This document shows positions 21,102 through 32,010 of a stretch of DNA of 64,000 nt, one piece after another; position 1 is the stretch's first letter, and every line of letters begins with the position of its first letter. Both the position numbers and the translations under genes were made by a program. Source of the stretch: an uncultured Gammaproteobacteria bacterium (GTDB taxonomy: Bacteria; Pseudomonadota; Gammaproteobacteria; GCA-001735895); assembly GCA_964194715.1 (NCBI GenBank), contig CAXMNA010000126.1, positions 5,570 to 69,569 of the forward strand, written 5' to 3'. The notes below the pieces were generated by a model. That model did no database searches. It was not told where the DNA came from and saw nothing but the letters and a program-made list of their open reading frames with translations.

Positions 21102-22226
21102 TTAATGTCCGGTATAGAGCTTCTTTTCTAGATAAAGTGAGTATCGCGCCATCGAGAAGCAGGATACAAAGAAAAAGATCGCGACGAACACGTAAATCTC
21201 CGTCGACAGTCCCTGCCACTTGGTATCGGCCAGCGACGCACGTCCCATACCGAGCGGGTCGAACAGGCCGATGATGATGACGAGAGTGGTATCTTTATAG
21301 AGCCCGATGAAGGTATTCACGATCCCGGGGATCGAAATCTTCATCGCCTGTGGCAATATAATCAGTCGCATCGATTGCCAGTACTTCAATCCCATCGAGT
21401 CGGCGGCTTCGATCTGCCCTTTGGGTAATGCCTGTAAACCGCCTCTTATAACCTCGGCAATATAGGCCGATGAAAACAGCGTTACCATGATCAGTACGCG
21501 CAGCAACAGATCGAAAGTCGTACCCGGCGGCAGGAAATAATTGAGCATGGTCGAGGCGACAAACAGCAGCGTAATCAGCGGCACACCGCGGATGAACTCG
21601 ATAAACGCGACGCAGACCATGCGCAAAGCGGGCATGTGCGATTGCCGCCCGAGCGCGAGCGCGATGCCGATGGGTAAGGAACCGACGATACCAGTCACAC
21701 CGATGGTAAGCGTGAGCATGAAACCGCCGAACTTGTCGGTTGACACCGGGGTAAGACCCATGCCACCAATCAGCAACCAGCCAATGATGACCGGTGCAAC
21801 TAACGAAAACCATAACCCCTGCTTGCGATTGGGGACATGGTCAAACAGTACCGGGACCAGCGCGGCCAGCATCAAGATGAATGCAATATTGACCCGCCAG
21901 CGTTCCTCAACCGGATAAAACCCGTAAACAAATATTTGGAAGCGTTTGCCGATAAAAGCCCAACAGGCGCCCAGTTCATCGCCTGCCGCCTTGGCGATGG
22001 CGCGACAATCATCACGTGAATCCGCGACGAAGACAGCATCGAAGAAAATCCAGCTCAACAACGGTGGCACTATGACGTAGAGCAAATACACCGTCAGCAC
22101 GGTGATGACGATGTTGGTCGTCGATGATAACAGGTTGTGGCGAACCCAGCCGATGATGCCGACTTCGGTGGAGGGAGGTGGCAGGTCCGGGTGTTCGCCC
22201 GCAACGTGACTTGTTTCAGTACTCAT
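21102..22226 (-). CDS. aapM: Amino acid ABC transporter permease
   Basis: Large HisM/GlnP-type permease with the EAA-loop region EAADSMGL. Confidence 0.85.
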   Translation of the reverse strand: MSTETSHVAGEHPDLPPPSTEVGIIGWVRHNLLSSTTNIVITVLTVYLLYVIVPPLLSWIFFDAVFVADSRDDCRAIAKAAGDELGACWAFIGKRFQIFVYGFYPVEERWRVNIAFILMLAALVPVLFDHVPNRKQGLWFSLVAPVIIGWLLIGGMGLTPVSTDKFGGFMLTLTIGVTGIVGSLPIGIALALGRQSHMPALRMVCVAFIEFIRGVPLITLLFVASTMLNYFLPPGTTFDLLLRVLIMVTLFSSAYIAEVIRGGLQALPKGQIEAADSMGLKYWQSMRLIILPQAMKISIPGIVNTFIGLYKDTTLVIIIGLFDPLGMGRASLADTKWQGLSTEIYVFVAIFFFVSCFSMARYSLYLEKKLYTGH

Positions 22227-22227
22227 A

Positions 22228-23427
22228 TTAGCGCTCCACCAGTTTCATACGTTTGTTATACCAGTTCATAAACGCCGAAATCATCAATGAAAAAGCCAGG
22301 TATATGCTCAGCACGATGGTCATGCATTCCATTTCGCGTCCCGTCTGATTCAACGATATTCCGCCGATGGTCGCGACAATATCCATGTAGCCGATCGCAA
22401 TCGCGAGCGACGAATTCTTGGTGATATTCAGATACTGGCTGGAAAGCGGGGGAATAATAACGCGCAACGCCTGCGGAATGATGACCAGCTGCATGGTGCG
22501 ACCGGGCTTGATTCCGAGCGCGAATGCGGCCTCGGTCTGGCCATGGCTGATTGCCTGGATACCGGCACGCACTATCTCCGCGATGAAGGCGGCGGTATAC
22601 AGCGACAGCGCCAGCCACAGCGCCACGAACTCGGGTCTCAATACCAGCCCACCTTTGAAGTTAAAGCCTTTGAGTTCGGGATATTCAAAGTTTACTGGCA
22701 TACCGGCGAGAAAAAATACGATTATCGGGAAAAGTATAATGGCGCCAAGGCTTATCAATAAAACGGGGTAAATTTTGCCCGTCGCGTCCTGGATTTTCTT
22801 GGCATAACCTGTAAACCAGATAGTGAATCCGATGCCAATCACGAAGGCTATCAGTACCGCCCACATCGCCGGCTCAAACAAGGGTTTAGGCGCATAGAAG
22901 CCGCGGTTAGTCAAAAACAATGTGCCGTCGAAGGCCATCATCGCATTTTTTGGAATCGGTAAGGTGTTCACGACGATACCGTGAACCAATAAAATATGGA
23001 GTAACACCGGTACATTGCGTACGTATTCGATGTAGACATAAACGACCCGGTTGATCAGCCAGTTAGTGGACAGGCGTAACACGCCGAGCAGAAATCCAAC
23101 AATGGTCGAGAGTATAATTCCGGCAACCGCCACCAGCAGGGTGTTGATGATACCGACAGTGGCAGCTCGCCAGTGCGGGCTGCGAGAATTGTATTCGATC
23201 AGGGTTTGATTGATATCGTAGTTCGATGCGTCCCACAGGAAACTAAAGCTATATCCCTTACCAATGTTTTCAAGGTTAGTGATCGCGTTGTTAACAATGA
23301 AAAAGAAAAATGCAAAGATCAGGGCCATGGTAATGACCTGTATCGTGATCGAACGCAGTTCCTTGTCAAAAAACAGGCGATAAAAAAGTGAAGGATTGCT
23401 ACTGCTGGACGTTTCTGTTGCCGCCAT
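22228..23427 (-). CDS. aapQ: Amino acid ABC transporter permease
   Basis: Second large permease with EAAFALGI. One nt separates it from aapM. Confidence 0.85.
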   Translation of the reverse strand: MAATETSSSSNPSLFYRLFFDKELRSITIQVITMALIFAFFFFIVNNAITNLENIGKGYSFSFLWDASNYDINQTLIEYNSRSPHWRAATVGIINTLLVAVAGIILSTIVGFLLGVLRLSTNWLINRVVYVYIEYVRNVPVLLHILLVHGIVVNTLPIPKNAMMAFDGTLFLTNRGFYAPKPLFEPAMWAVLIAFVIGIGFTIWFTGYAKKIQDATGKIYPVLLISLGAIILFPIIVFFLAGMPVNFEYPELKGFNFKGGLVLRPEFVALWLALSLYTAAFIAEIVRAGIQAISHGQTEAAFALGIKPGRTMQLVIIPQALRVIIPPLSSQYLNITKNSSLAIAIGYMDIVATIGGISLNQTGREMECMTIVLSIYLAFSLMISAFMNWYNKRMKLVER

Positions 23428-23516
23428 TCTATTTAGCCCCCGATAATTCAGTCATGCCAAATCGCCATGACTTAAGTGAGGCGGCGGTCCCAAGACCGCC
23501 GCTTCATTACTGCAGT

Positions 23517-24542
23517 TTAACGTACCGGTGGTGAGTACAGGATTCCGCCATTGGTCCACTGCGCGTTCAAGCCGCGTGCAAGACCCAACGCAGTGTTGAC
23601 ACCAACGTTGCGTTCGAAAATTTCGCCGTAGTTGCCTACTGCAGAAATCGCGCGTACCGCCCATTGCTTGTCAAGTCCGATCATCGAACCAAAATCGCCT
23701 TCGGTACCGACAATACGGTTGATATCCACATTTTTTCCGGCTTTAGCGGCATGACCTTTGACATTGGCCTGCGTGATTCCCGCTTCCTCGGCCGCGATCA
23801 AAACATTCAGAACCCAACGGGTAACGTCGGCCCATTGATCATCGCCCTGGCGAACGGCTGGTCCCAGCGGTTCCTTGGAAATGATTTCCGGCAGAATGAT
23901 ATGTGCCCCCGGTTGTTCGAAAGTACCACGTGTAGACGCCAGACCCGATGCATCAGTGGTATACACATCGCAACGACCGGCGAGGTAATTTACCTGCCCT
24001 TCTTCGTTGGTTTCGATCGCTACCGGCTCGTAATTCATGTTATTCGCACGAAAGTAATCAGCGAGATTCAACTCGGTGGTAGTACCAGTCTGGATGCAGA
24101 CTGAAGCACCGTCGAGTTCCTTAGCTGAGCTTACGCCAAGCGCCTTCGGTATCATGAATCCCTGGCCGTCGTAGTAATTAACGCCGAGGAAGGTTAGTTT
24201 CAGGTCCGCGTCACGACTCATGGTAATGGTAGTGTTGCGATAAAGCAGGTCGCCTTCACCCGAGTTCAACACGGTAAAACGAGTCTTACCGGTGGTCGGC
24301 ACAAATTTGACCTTATCGCCATCACCCAATACGGCAGCAGCGGTAGCACGGCAAAAATCGACGTCAAAACCTGCCCAACGACCCGCGTCATCGGGTGCGG
24401 CAAATCCGGCAACACCGGTCGTTACCACGCAGTTAAGTTCGCCACGGGCCTGTACATCTTGTAGCGTACCCGCAGTAGCAGCACCTGATGTTGAGGCAAG
24501 CGCTACGGCCGCAGATACAGCCAGCGTTTTAAAAAGTTTCAT
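23517..24542 (-). CDS. aapJ: General L-amino acid ABC transporter substrate-binding protein
   Basis: Signal peptide and a family-3 solute-binding fold of about 340 aa, as in AapJ/BztA. Confidence 0.85.
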   Translation of the reverse strand: MKLFKTLAVSAAVALASTSGAATAGTLQDVQARGELNCVVTTGVAGFAAPDDAGRWAGFDVDFCRATAAAVLGDGDKVKFVPTTGKTRFTVLNSGEGDLLYRNTTITMSRDADLKLTFLGVNYYDGQGFMIPKALGVSSAKELDGASVCIQTGTTTELNLADYFRANNMNYEPVAIETNEEGQVNYLAGRCDVYTTDASGLASTRGTFEQPGAHIILPEIISKEPLGPAVRQGDDQWADVTRWVLNVLIAAEEAGITQANVKGHAAKAGKNVDINRIVGTEGDFGSMIGLDKQWAVRAISAVGNYGEIFERNVGVNTALGLARGLNAQWTNGGILYSPPVR

Positions 24543-24776
24543 TGGTCACTCTCTCCAATTGTTATTACTCTGATGAAGTGCCAGCGCGGTATCCAGGGCT
24601 TTCCCACCCTTTAATTTTAACCGTGATGGCAGGTTAAGGAGTCTTGTAAATTGCTCCGTGCCTTGAAAGTAACATAACAAATGCCTCCAGCCAAGGTATT
24701 GATAATGTGCCAAGGGCGGCATCCCCCGGTAATTACTGTTGCGCCAGACGCTTCGCTCCCGGTATAAAGTGACTTA

Positions 24777-25262
24777 ATGATCCGAAATTTGCAAAATTCT
24801 GACGCTAAGGCGGTGCTGGAAATTTACCGTCGAGGACTCGATACCGGCGAAGCCTCTTTCGAGACCGAACCGCCTGACTGGGATACCTGGCAAGCGAAAT
24901 ACCTACCTCATTCTCGACTGGTCTGCGAGCAAGACGACCAGGTGCGGGGATGGGCGGCCCTTGCGCCAGTGTCGGCCCGGGACTGCTATCGCGGCGTCGC
25001 CGAAGTCAGTATCTATGTTGAAAACGAGTTTTTCGGCCAGAGTATCGGCGGCAGGTTGATGGCAGGGCTTATAAAGGAATCCGAGCGCAACGGGATCTGG
25101 AGCCTGTATTCATCCATATTTCCTGAAAACCAGGCAACCCTGAAGCTGCATCTGCGACACGGTTTCCGCGAAGTCGGGATTCGTGAACGCATCGCGCAAC
25201 GGGATAATCGCTGGCGTAATACACTGATTCTGGAACGCCGCTCCGTATTAGTTGGCGTTTAA
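24777..25262 (+). CDS. GNAT N-acetyltransferase (phosphinothricin / methionine sulfoximine acetyltransferase-like)
   Basis: PAT-family pattern: ASFETEPP, YRGVAEVSIYV, and the acetyl-CoA loop QSIGGRLM. Confidence 0.8.
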   Translation: MIRNLQNSDAKAVLEIYRRGLDTGEASFETEPPDWDTWQAKYLPHSRLVCEQDDQVRGWAALAPVSARDCYRGVAEVSIYVENEFFGQSIGGRLMAGLIKESERNGIWSLYSSIFPENQATLKLHLRHGFREVGIRERIAQRDNRWRNTLILERRSVLVGV

Positions 25263-25276
25263 TCTCGACAACCGCA

Positions 25277-25377
25277 GTCATCCCCCGCGTACGCGGGGTT
25301 GCGAGCAAGCTGAAATCTTTAGATCACGGCACTATTCACAAGATCCCGGATAGCTGCTGCGCAGCTTCCGGGATGAC
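25277..25377. repeat. REP-like hairpin pair (locus A), inverted orientation
   Basis: 25277..25298 is GTCATCCCCCGCGTACGCGGGG. The reverse complement of 25342..25377 reads GTCATCCCGGAAGCTGCGCAGCAGCTATCCGGGATC. The pair lies between convergent genes. Confidence 0.7.
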
Positions 25378-25388
25378 CGCTTACGCGG

Positions 25389-27698
25389 TCAGTTGACCTG
25401 AAACTCGGAAAGACGGTGGTCCTCGGTGGCATTACCAATTTTATCGAGTTGCACCAGGTCACCCAGGAAATATCCCTGCGCATAGTCAATGCCAATCGAT
25501 TTCAGTATCTCGATGGTTGCTTCCCCATCGACACTTTCGGCAATCGTCTTGATATCGAGTAAATGCGCCATCGAATTGATCGACTCGACCATCGTGCGAT
25601 CGACTTCATCACTGCAAATGTCGCGAATCAGGTGACCGTCGATTTTCACGAAATCCAGTTGCAAGTCTTTCAGAGCAGCAAAACTGGCCAATCCGGTGCC
25701 AAAATTGTCGAGCGCGAAACTGCAACCGATGGCTTGTAACTCCTTGACCAGCCGACTCGCATTCGCGAGATTGTGACTCAGCGTGCTCTCGGATATCTCA
25801 AAACAGATTTGATGCGGTTTGACGACCGTTTTTTCAAACATTAGCAGGATGAACTCGAGCAACGAATCGTCGGCAATGGATGGTGCCGACAAATTCAGGC
25901 TCAGCACCAGACCCGGATTCTGCATGAAGATGTGCGGGTAAGCCTCGAATACCCGGTCGATGACCCAACGGTCAATCTGCGTCATCAGGCCAAAGCGAGC
26001 AGCAGCTGGCAGGAATGCGCCGGGTTTAATCACGTTATTGTCTTCATCGAGCATGCGCAACAGGACCTCGGCGCGGCTGTGTAACCGGGTTTGCTCCGGG
26101 TCGAGGGCAATAATCGGCTGATACAGCAACATGAAACGCTCGCTGTAGAGGGCATCACTAATATCCTTACGCTGCAGCTTTTCTCCTGGCTTATGGGTCA
26201 ACTCGGAGTCGGCTTCGCTGTGGGTATGGGCGCAACCTCGACCCTTATCCTTGGCAACGTAACAGGCCTGGTCGGCATCGTGCATTAACTGCTTGCGGGT
26301 CGTCGATTCCGCGGTTATCGGTACGATGCCGATACTAACCCCCACCTGGTACGTCTTTTTATCCCATGCGAAACGAAATTCGCGAACCACGCTGATCAGT
26401 ATGTCGGCTACTTTACTGGCCTTGGTTAACGGGCAGTTTTCCAGTAACACGCTGAATTCATCCCCCCCGAGACGACCTAAGGTATCACGACCGCGTAATT
26501 GGCCGGCAAGTAACGATGAAATCTGCTTCAGCAGCTCATCGCCCGCAACATGTCCTGCGGTATCGTTAACGATTTTAAATTGGTCCAGGTCAAGAAATAG
26601 CAGCGCATGCGTATTTTCAAAATCCTTGGCCGATTGCAGGGCCTTTTCCAGTCTTTCTTCAAACTCGCTGCGGTTCACCAGCCCTGTCAAGGGATCGTGA
26701 GTCGCCTGGTGTACCATCATTTTCTGCATACGGCGTGAGTCGGTAACATCTTTAAATACCAGCACCACGCCAATACTATTGCCCTGGGCATCGATCATCG
26801 GCGCCGCTGTTCCCTGAATCGAATATCGATCACCATTGCGCGATATCAGGACGTTATCAGTTTTTGGTGCAATCACTCTTCTTTCTGACAGGCATCGCTG
26901 TGCCGGATCCGGAATCACCAAGCCGCTCTGCTCGTCCTCAAGATGCAGCACCGCTTCCATCGATAATCCCATCGCCTGGTGATAGCGCCAACCGGTTAAG
27001 GCCTCGGCAACCGGATTCATATAGTCGATGCAGCCCAGGTTGTCGGTCGTAATGACACCATCACCGATCGAGTGCAAGGTGACCTGGGCGCGTTCTTTTT
27101 CCATCAGGGTTTCGCCAAGCGCGAGTTTACGCTCCAGTTCGGCTGCAGCACGCGCGGCGAATAATTTGATCACGTGTACGTCGCTTTTCTCAGGATGTAG
27201 CTCACCCCGACTGATACCGACCAGCACGCCGATATGTCGACCCGATGAATCCTGCAACTTCACGGCAAAAATTCCGGAAGCATTGAAGCGCTCTTGCAAA
27301 AAGATCGCATCGGGAAACAGTTCACTGGCAGAATTTTCCATGTACCAGAAGCCGCCACTTTCACCGCAGGGGCTGTTCTGTAGGGAAATTTCGTGATTCA
27401 TGATGTAACTGTCGTCACACCAGTAGGACAGGGTCTGGTAACTTTGCTGCTCTGCGTCGATGCCAGCTGCTAGAAAAACCGCGTCAACCGAAAGGAATTG
27501 AGACAGTTCTCTGACCAGGGCATAACAGTAGGTTTCGCCGGTGGTTCCGACCGTGGCCTCGATCAGGTTATGCAGTCGATCCTTGCGATCTTCCCGCTGC
27601 CGACGGGCCTGTTTTGCCGCGAATCCTTTTAACAGGTACCACGTCAGAACTGCGCTGATAAGGGCGGAGGTTGCAGCTAGTAAAATCAGTTCGAACAT
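25389..27698 (-). CDS. Membrane-anchored GAF-PAS-GGDEF-EAL signalling protein
   Basis: N-terminal TM helix and sensory domains. GGDEF (RLGGDEFSV) with an RGRD I-site 5 residues upstream. The EAL domain has EVLLR, EISES, DNFGTG, KID, ESVD and QGYF. Confidence 0.9.
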   Translation of the reverse strand: MFELILLAATSALISAVLTWYLLKGFAAKQARRQREDRKDRLHNLIEATVGTTGETYCYALVRELSQFLSVDAVFLAAGIDAEQQSYQTLSYWCDDSYIMNHEISLQNSPCGESGGFWYMENSASELFPDAIFLQERFNASGIFAVKLQDSSGRHIGVLVGISRGELHPEKSDVHVIKLFAARAAAELERKLALGETLMEKERAQVTLHSIGDGVITTDNLGCIDYMNPVAEALTGWRYHQAMGLSMEAVLHLEDEQSGLVIPDPAQRCLSERRVIAPKTDNVLISRNGDRYSIQGTAAPMIDAQGNSIGVVLVFKDVTDSRRMQKMMVHQATHDPLTGLVNRSEFEERLEKALQSAKDFENTHALLFLDLDQFKIVNDTAGHVAGDELLKQISSLLAGQLRGRDTLGRLGGDEFSVLLENCPLTKASKVADILISVVREFRFAWDKKTYQVGVSIGIVPITAESTTRKQLMHDADQACYVAKDKGRGCAHTHSEADSELTHKPGEKLQRKDISDALYSERFMLLYQPIIALDPEQTRLHSRAEVLLRMLDEDNNVIKPGAFLPAAARFGLMTQIDRWVIDRVFEAYPHIFMQNPGLVLSLNLSAPSIADDSLLEFILLMFEKTVVKPHQICFEISESTLSHNLANASRLVKELQAIGCSFALDNFGTGLASFAALKDLQLDFVKIDGHLIRDICSDEVDRTMVESINSMAHLLDIKTIAESVDGEATIEILKSIGIDYAQGYFLGDLVQLDKIGNATEDHRLSEFQVN

Positions 27699-27843
27699 TT
27701 ATGAATCAGCTTACATCCGGATTGAAAGGAGTATAGGCAAAATTCCGGGTTATTGGGTTTTGCAGATCGATTTATTCACTTGCATCACCTACCGCCTTTG
27801 CCTAACCTACGGCGATACACTCACTCCAGATTTCATACACATC

Positions 27844-29553
27844 ATGGCTAGAAAAAAAAACGCATCCGGCAAGGCTAATCCACGTAAATACTCATCGCTG
27901 GTCGTCGATGGCGTCGATCGCGCTCCGAGCCGCTCGATGCTGCGTGCGGTTGGATTCAATGACGCTGATTTCAAAAGACCACAGATCGGAATCGCATCAA
28001 CCTGGAGCATGGTAACGCCCTGCAATATGCATATCGACCAACTCGCATTAAAGGCGGCTGAAGGCGCCAATGAGGCCAACGGCAAGGCTGTGGTGTTTAA
28101 CACCATTACTGTCTCCGATGGCATCTCAATGGGCAGCGAGGGCATGAAGTACTCGCTGGTATCACGCGAGGTCATCGCCGACTCGATCGAAACAGTCACC
28201 GGCTGCCAGGGTTTCGACGCGCTGGTGACGATCGGTGGTTGTGATAAGAATATGCCGGGGTGCATGATCGGCATGGCACGACTCAATCGTCCCTCGCTGT
28301 TTGTCTATGGCGGCACCATCATGCCGGGTTGTCACAAGGGCAAAAGCACCGACGTAGTTTCAGTATTTGAAGCGGTTGGCGCACAGGCACAACACAAGAT
28401 CAGCAAGAAAGAGCTCAAGGATATCGAGTGCACGGCGATCCCGGGGCCAGGATCCTGCAGCGGTATGTACACCGCGAACACCATGGCCTCGGCCATCGAG
28501 GCGCTTGGCATGAGCTTGCCCAACAGCTCAGCCCAGGCAGCAATCTCAAAGGATAAGGCGCGGGACTGTGTCGAGGCCGGTAAGGCTGCGATGCGGTTGC
28601 TCAAGGCCAATATCCGGCCCAGCGACATCATGACCAAAAAGGCGTTCGAAAACGCGATAACGGTTGTCATCGCCCTGGCTGGCTCGACCAACGCGGTTTT
28701 GCATTTACTCGCGATGGCGTCTGCGATCGGGGTCAGACTCAAGCTCGACGATTTCACCCGGATTGGCAAGCGCGTACCGGTACTCGCCGATCTACGACCC
28801 AGCGGCAAGGCGATGATGTCGGATCTGATCGAAATCGGCGGTATTCAACCATTGATGAAAATGCTGCTCGATGCGGGCTTACTGCACGGCGACTGCCTGA
28901 CCGTTACCGGCAAGACGCTGGCTCAAAATCTGGCCGGGGTAAAGCCCTACCCCAAAAGCCAGGATATCGTGCATGCTCTCAATAACCCGATCAAAAAGGA
29001 CAGTCACCTCGTCATATTGCACGGCAACCTGGCACCCGAAGGTTCGGTGGCCAAGATATCGGGCAAGGAAGGACTGCATTTCACCGGCAAGGCACGCATA
29101 TTTGCCTCTGAAGAACAGGCTCTGAAAAAGATCCTCGACGGCACAGTTAAAAAAGGCGATGTCATCGTGGTGCGTTACGAGGGGCCGAAAGGTGGCCCGG
29201 GAATGCGCGAAATGCTGTCGCCAACCTCGGCCATCATGGGCAAGGGGCTAGGCAAGGATGTCGCTTTTCTGACCGACGGTCGTTTCTCGGGCGGGTCGCA
29301 TGGGTTCGTGGTTGGACACGTTACCCCCGAAGCAGCGGTCGGCGGACCGATTGCTTTGCTCAAGAATGGCGACATCATCACCATCGACGCCGAGAAACGA
29401 GAAGTCAATGTCAAGCTGAGTGCGGCTGAGTTCAGGCGTCGCGCCCGTGCCTGGAATCCACCTAAACCCCGCTATAAGCGCGGTGTGTTAGCAAAGTACG
29501 CACGCCTCGTCAGTTCCGCTTCCGAAGGTGCGGTAACTGATCTGCCCGAATAA
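27844..29553 (+). CDS. ilvD: Dihydroxy-acid dehydratase
   Basis: [33 protein letters not shown] and TDGRFSGGS motifs. The ATG 27844 start is chosen; the ORF-track start at 27541 runs into the divergent gene. Confidence 0.95.
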   Translation: MARKKNASGKANPRKYSSLVVDGVDRAPSRSMLRAVGFNDADFKRPQIGIASTWSMVTPCNMHIDQLALKAAEGANEANGKAVVFNTITVSDGISMGSEGMKYSLVSREVIADSIETVTGCQGFDALVTIGGCDKNMPGCMIGMARLNRPSLFVYGGTIMPGCHKGKSTDVVSVFEAVGAQAQHKISKKELKDIECTAIPGPGSCSGMYTANTMASAIEALGMSLPNSSAQAAISKDKARDCVEAGKAAMRLLKANIRPSDIMTKKAFENAITVVIALAGSTNAVLHLLAMASAIGVRLKLDDFTRIGKRVPVLADLRPSGKAMMSDLIEIGGIQPLMKMLLDAGLLHGDCLTVTGKTLAQNLAGVKPYPKSQDIVHALNNPIKKDSHLVILHGNLAPEGSVAKISGKEGLHFTGKARIFASEEQALKKILDGTVKKGDVIVVRYEGPKGGPGMREMLSPTSAIMGKGLGKDVAFLTDGRFSGGSHGFVVGHVTPEAAVGGPIALLKNGDIITIDAEKREVNVKLSAAEFRRRARAWNPPKPRYKRGVLAKYARLVSSASEGAVTDLPE

Positions 29554-29600
29554 TTTGGAGTCGTTAGATTAGCAAGCTATTGTCATATTCCGCGCAAAAA

Positions 29601-29703
29601 CGTCATCCCGGACTTGATCCGGGATCCATCCCAGGTGTGCTTCATACGCATGCACAACACAATTTATACGACAATGGATTCCGGCTCGGGGGCCGGAATG
29701 ACG
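29601..29703. repeat. REP-like hairpin pair (locus B), inverted orientation
   Basis: 29601..29626 is CGTCATCCCGGACTTGATCCGGGATC. The reverse complement of 29677..29703 reads CGTCATTCCGGCCCCCGAGCCGGAATC. A degenerate half copy lies at 29582..29600. Confidence 0.75.
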
Positions 29704-29707
29704 ATAT

Positions 29708-30856
29708 ATGAGTAATCGGTTACCATCTACGCGCGAAATGATCGCAGGATTGATAGCAACCCCGTCGGTGAGCTGCGTGCACACGGATCTCGACATGAGC
29801 AATCGGGGCGTTATCGATCGGGTGGCCGAATGGAGTGAAAACCTTGGATTCGAGATTGAAATCCAGTCTGTTGACGAAAATAAATACAACCTGATCGCGC
29901 GCGCCGGCAGCGGTAGCGACGGCCTGGTGCTGTCGGGCCACACCGACACGGTGCCCTGTGATCCATCCCTGTGGACCAGCGATCCGTTCGCGGCCCGAGA
30001 AGCAGACGATCGGATTTATGGGCTCGGCAGCTGCGATATGAAAAGTTTTCTCGCGCTCGCGCTCCAGGCAAGCAGTGAAATTGATTTCAATAATCTCAAG
30101 CGGCCCCTCACCCTGGTGGCAACTGCCGATGAAGAAACCACCATGAGTGGTGCGAAACTGATAGCCGATAATGGTAAACAACTCGGGCGCTTTTGCGTCA
30201 TCGGCGAGCCCACCGGCCTGTCCCCGATTCGCCAACATAAGGGCAACCTGACGATGTCGGTCGAATATCTGGGTCAATCCGGGCATGCGAGCGATCCGGG
30301 GCTCGGTAACAATGCGCTTGACGGCATGCACCAGTTCATGACCGCCCTCTATGCATACCGCGATAAAATCCAGCAGCAACATAATGATCCAGCCTTTACG
30401 ATCCCAACCCCGACAATGAATCTCGGGCATATTCACGGCGGCGATAATTCCAACCGGATCTGCGGTGCCTGCACGCTGCTGATCGATATTCGCTTTTTGC
30501 CGGCGATGTCATTCGAAACGCTGCAAACGGACCTCAAGCAGCTCGCGGCCGAGGTGGCTGACAAGCGCGGTTTGCGCGTGACCACGCAGACCTTCGGCGC
30601 CGGCATGCCCGCGATGGACACCCCCGAAGCAAGCGAACTAGCACAGTACCTGACTCATATCACCGGCAAAAAAACCGGTAGCGTTGCTTTCGGTACTGAG
30701 GCGCCTTACTACAATTCGATGCAAACCGAAACCATCGTTATCGGGCCAGGTTCGATCAACCAGGCACACCAGCCCGATGAATTCCTACCGCTAGCGCACA
30801 TTGACCCGACAATAAAAATGCTCGAGGACCTGATCGACCGTTTTTGCATGTCGTGA
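29708..30856 (+). CDS. argE: Acetylornithine deacetylase (M20 peptidase family)
   Basis: LSGHTDTVP, ATADEETTMSG and a dimerisation-domain pattern typical of ArgE. Confidence 0.85.
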   Translation: MSNRLPSTREMIAGLIATPSVSCVHTDLDMSNRGVIDRVAEWSENLGFEIEIQSVDENKYNLIARAGSGSDGLVLSGHTDTVPCDPSLWTSDPFAAREADDRIYGLGSCDMKSFLALALQASSEIDFNNLKRPLTLVATADEETTMSGAKLIADNGKQLGRFCVIGEPTGLSPIRQHKGNLTMSVEYLGQSGHASDPGLGNNALDGMHQFMTALYAYRDKIQQQHNDPAFTIPTPTMNLGHIHGGDNSNRICGACTLLIDIRFLPAMSFETLQTDLKQLAAEVADKRGLRVTTQTFGAGMPAMDTPEASELAQYLTHITGKKTGSVAFGTEAPYYNSMQTETIVIGPGSINQAHQPDEFLPLAHIDPTIKMLEDLIDRFCMS

Positions 30857-31995
30857 AGATACTGGCCGATCAGGATATCCCCTGTGTAGCAGATGCATTC
30901 CAGAAGCTCGGCGAGGTCGAGCTCATGCCGGGGCGCGAAATCAGGCGTGAACATCTTGACGATTGCCAGTGCCTGATCATCAGAACTGTGACCCGCGTCG
31001 ATGCAGCCCTACTCGATGCCTCCCCAGTCGAATTCGTCGGCACCGCTACCATCGGCACCGATCACATCGACCTGGATTACCTGGCAAAGTCGAATATCGG
31101 CTGCGGTAACGCGGCGGGCTGCAATGCCGAAAGCACGTCGGAGTACGTTGTCAGCGGCCTGTTCGCGCTGGCGCGACGCAAGGGATTTGATCCATTTCAA
31201 TTAAAAGCCGGTGTCGTCGGCTTTGGCAATGTTGGCTCGCGGCTCCTTCACAAACTCGACGCACTCGGCATCGAATGCCTGGTCTGCGATCCCCCGTTGC
31301 TGGAATCCGGCAAAATCAGCCAGAATTTTGTCGACCTCGATACCATTCTGGGGGAGTGTAATTTCATCTCCCTACACGTGCCATTAACTCATGTCGGCGT
31401 GCATCCGACTTTTCATCTGCTGGATGCCGAACGCCTGCAGCGCATGGCTGCCGGTTGTGTGCTGGTTAACGCCGCGCGCGGTGAAGTGGTCGACAACCGG
31501 GCGCTACTCGATTTACTACATAAGCGAGAGGATTTGGTCGTTTTTCTCGATACCTGGGAACAGGAACCGAATTTGTCACGCCAACTGCTGCAACGAGTCG
31601 ATATCGGCACCCCACATATCGCCGGCTATAGCGTCGAAGGACGCCTACGGGGTACGCAGATGATGCTCGATGCGGCTTGCGAGCATTTCAGGCTCGCATC
31701 CAGCTGGCACATGTCACAGCAGTTTCCTCCCGATAAGCACCTGACCTTGCAGGCTACGGACTCGATTTCCTCGGCCTGGCACGACCTGTTTCATCAGCAC
31801 TTCGATATCTGGCGTGATCATGAAGCATTTATTGCGGCAAGCGACCTGGAAGCTAAATCTTTTGCGCAGCATTTCGACGCGTTACGCCGTGTTTACCCCG
31901 AGCGGCTTGAGTACGAGCGCTTTATCGTACAGCAGCAAAACACAGGCTTGCCAGTTGAAGTGTTACAGCAGTTAGGTTTTCAAACCGGGGGTTGA
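30853..31995 (+). CDS. pdxB: 4-phosphoerythronate dehydrogenase
   Basis: N-terminus VKILADQDIP as in PdxB, NAD-binding GVVGFGNVGSRL, and a PdxB-specific C-terminal dimerisation domain. GTG 30853 overlaps the argE stop (GTGA). Confidence 0.88.
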   Translation: MKILADQDIPCVADAFQKLGEVELMPGREIRREHLDDCQCLIIRTVTRVDAALLDASPVEFVGTATIGTDHIDLDYLAKSNIGCGNAAGCNAESTSEYVVSGLFALARRKGFDPFQLKAGVVGFGNVGSRLLHKLDALGIECLVCDPPLLESGKISQNFVDLDTILGECNFISLHVPLTHVGVHPTFHLLDAERLQRMAAGCVLVNAARGEVVDNRALLDLLHKREDLVVFLDTWEQEPNLSRQLLQRVDIGTPHIAGYSVEGRLRGTQMMLDAACEHFRLASSWHMSQQFPPDKHLTLQATDSISSAWHDLFHQHFDIWRDHEAFIAASDLEAKSFAQHFDALRRVYPERLEYERFIVQQQNTGLPVEVLQQLGFQTGG

Positions 31996-32010
31996 GCCAG
32001 CTAGCAGCGA

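Noticed and set aside
21295-21813. Several 60-190 aa ORFs antisense to or out of frame within the aap transporter genes (for example 21295..21813, 20385..20957 and 22256..22618).
   Set aside because: Their Arg/Ala/Gly/His-rich, low-complexity translations are typical of off-frame reading of real genes. They are fully nested in well-supported CDSs.
24643-24664. A sigma-54-like GGCACG element upstream of aapJ (minus strand).
   Set aside because: The GC of the -12 element is not at the required GG-N10-GC spacing.
27541-27843. A long 5-prime extension of the ilvD ORF (101 extra codons) overlapping the divergent GGDEF-EAL gene start.
   Set aside because: The extension has no dehydratase-like sequence and crosses the divergent promoter region. 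The family-like N-terminus begins at ATG 27844. It is an ORF-caller artefact.
27852-27860. An A9 homopolymer in codons 3-6 of ilvD, considered as a possible slipped-strand switch.
   Set aside because: A housekeeping biosynthetic gene is an implausible phase-variable locus, and the run simply encodes Lys-Lys-Asn in a non-conserved N-terminal tail.
29569-29949. A 126-aa minus-strand ORF covering the REP pair and the argE 5-prime end.
   Set aside because: It is a translation of palindromic repeats plus the antisense strand of a well-supported gene.
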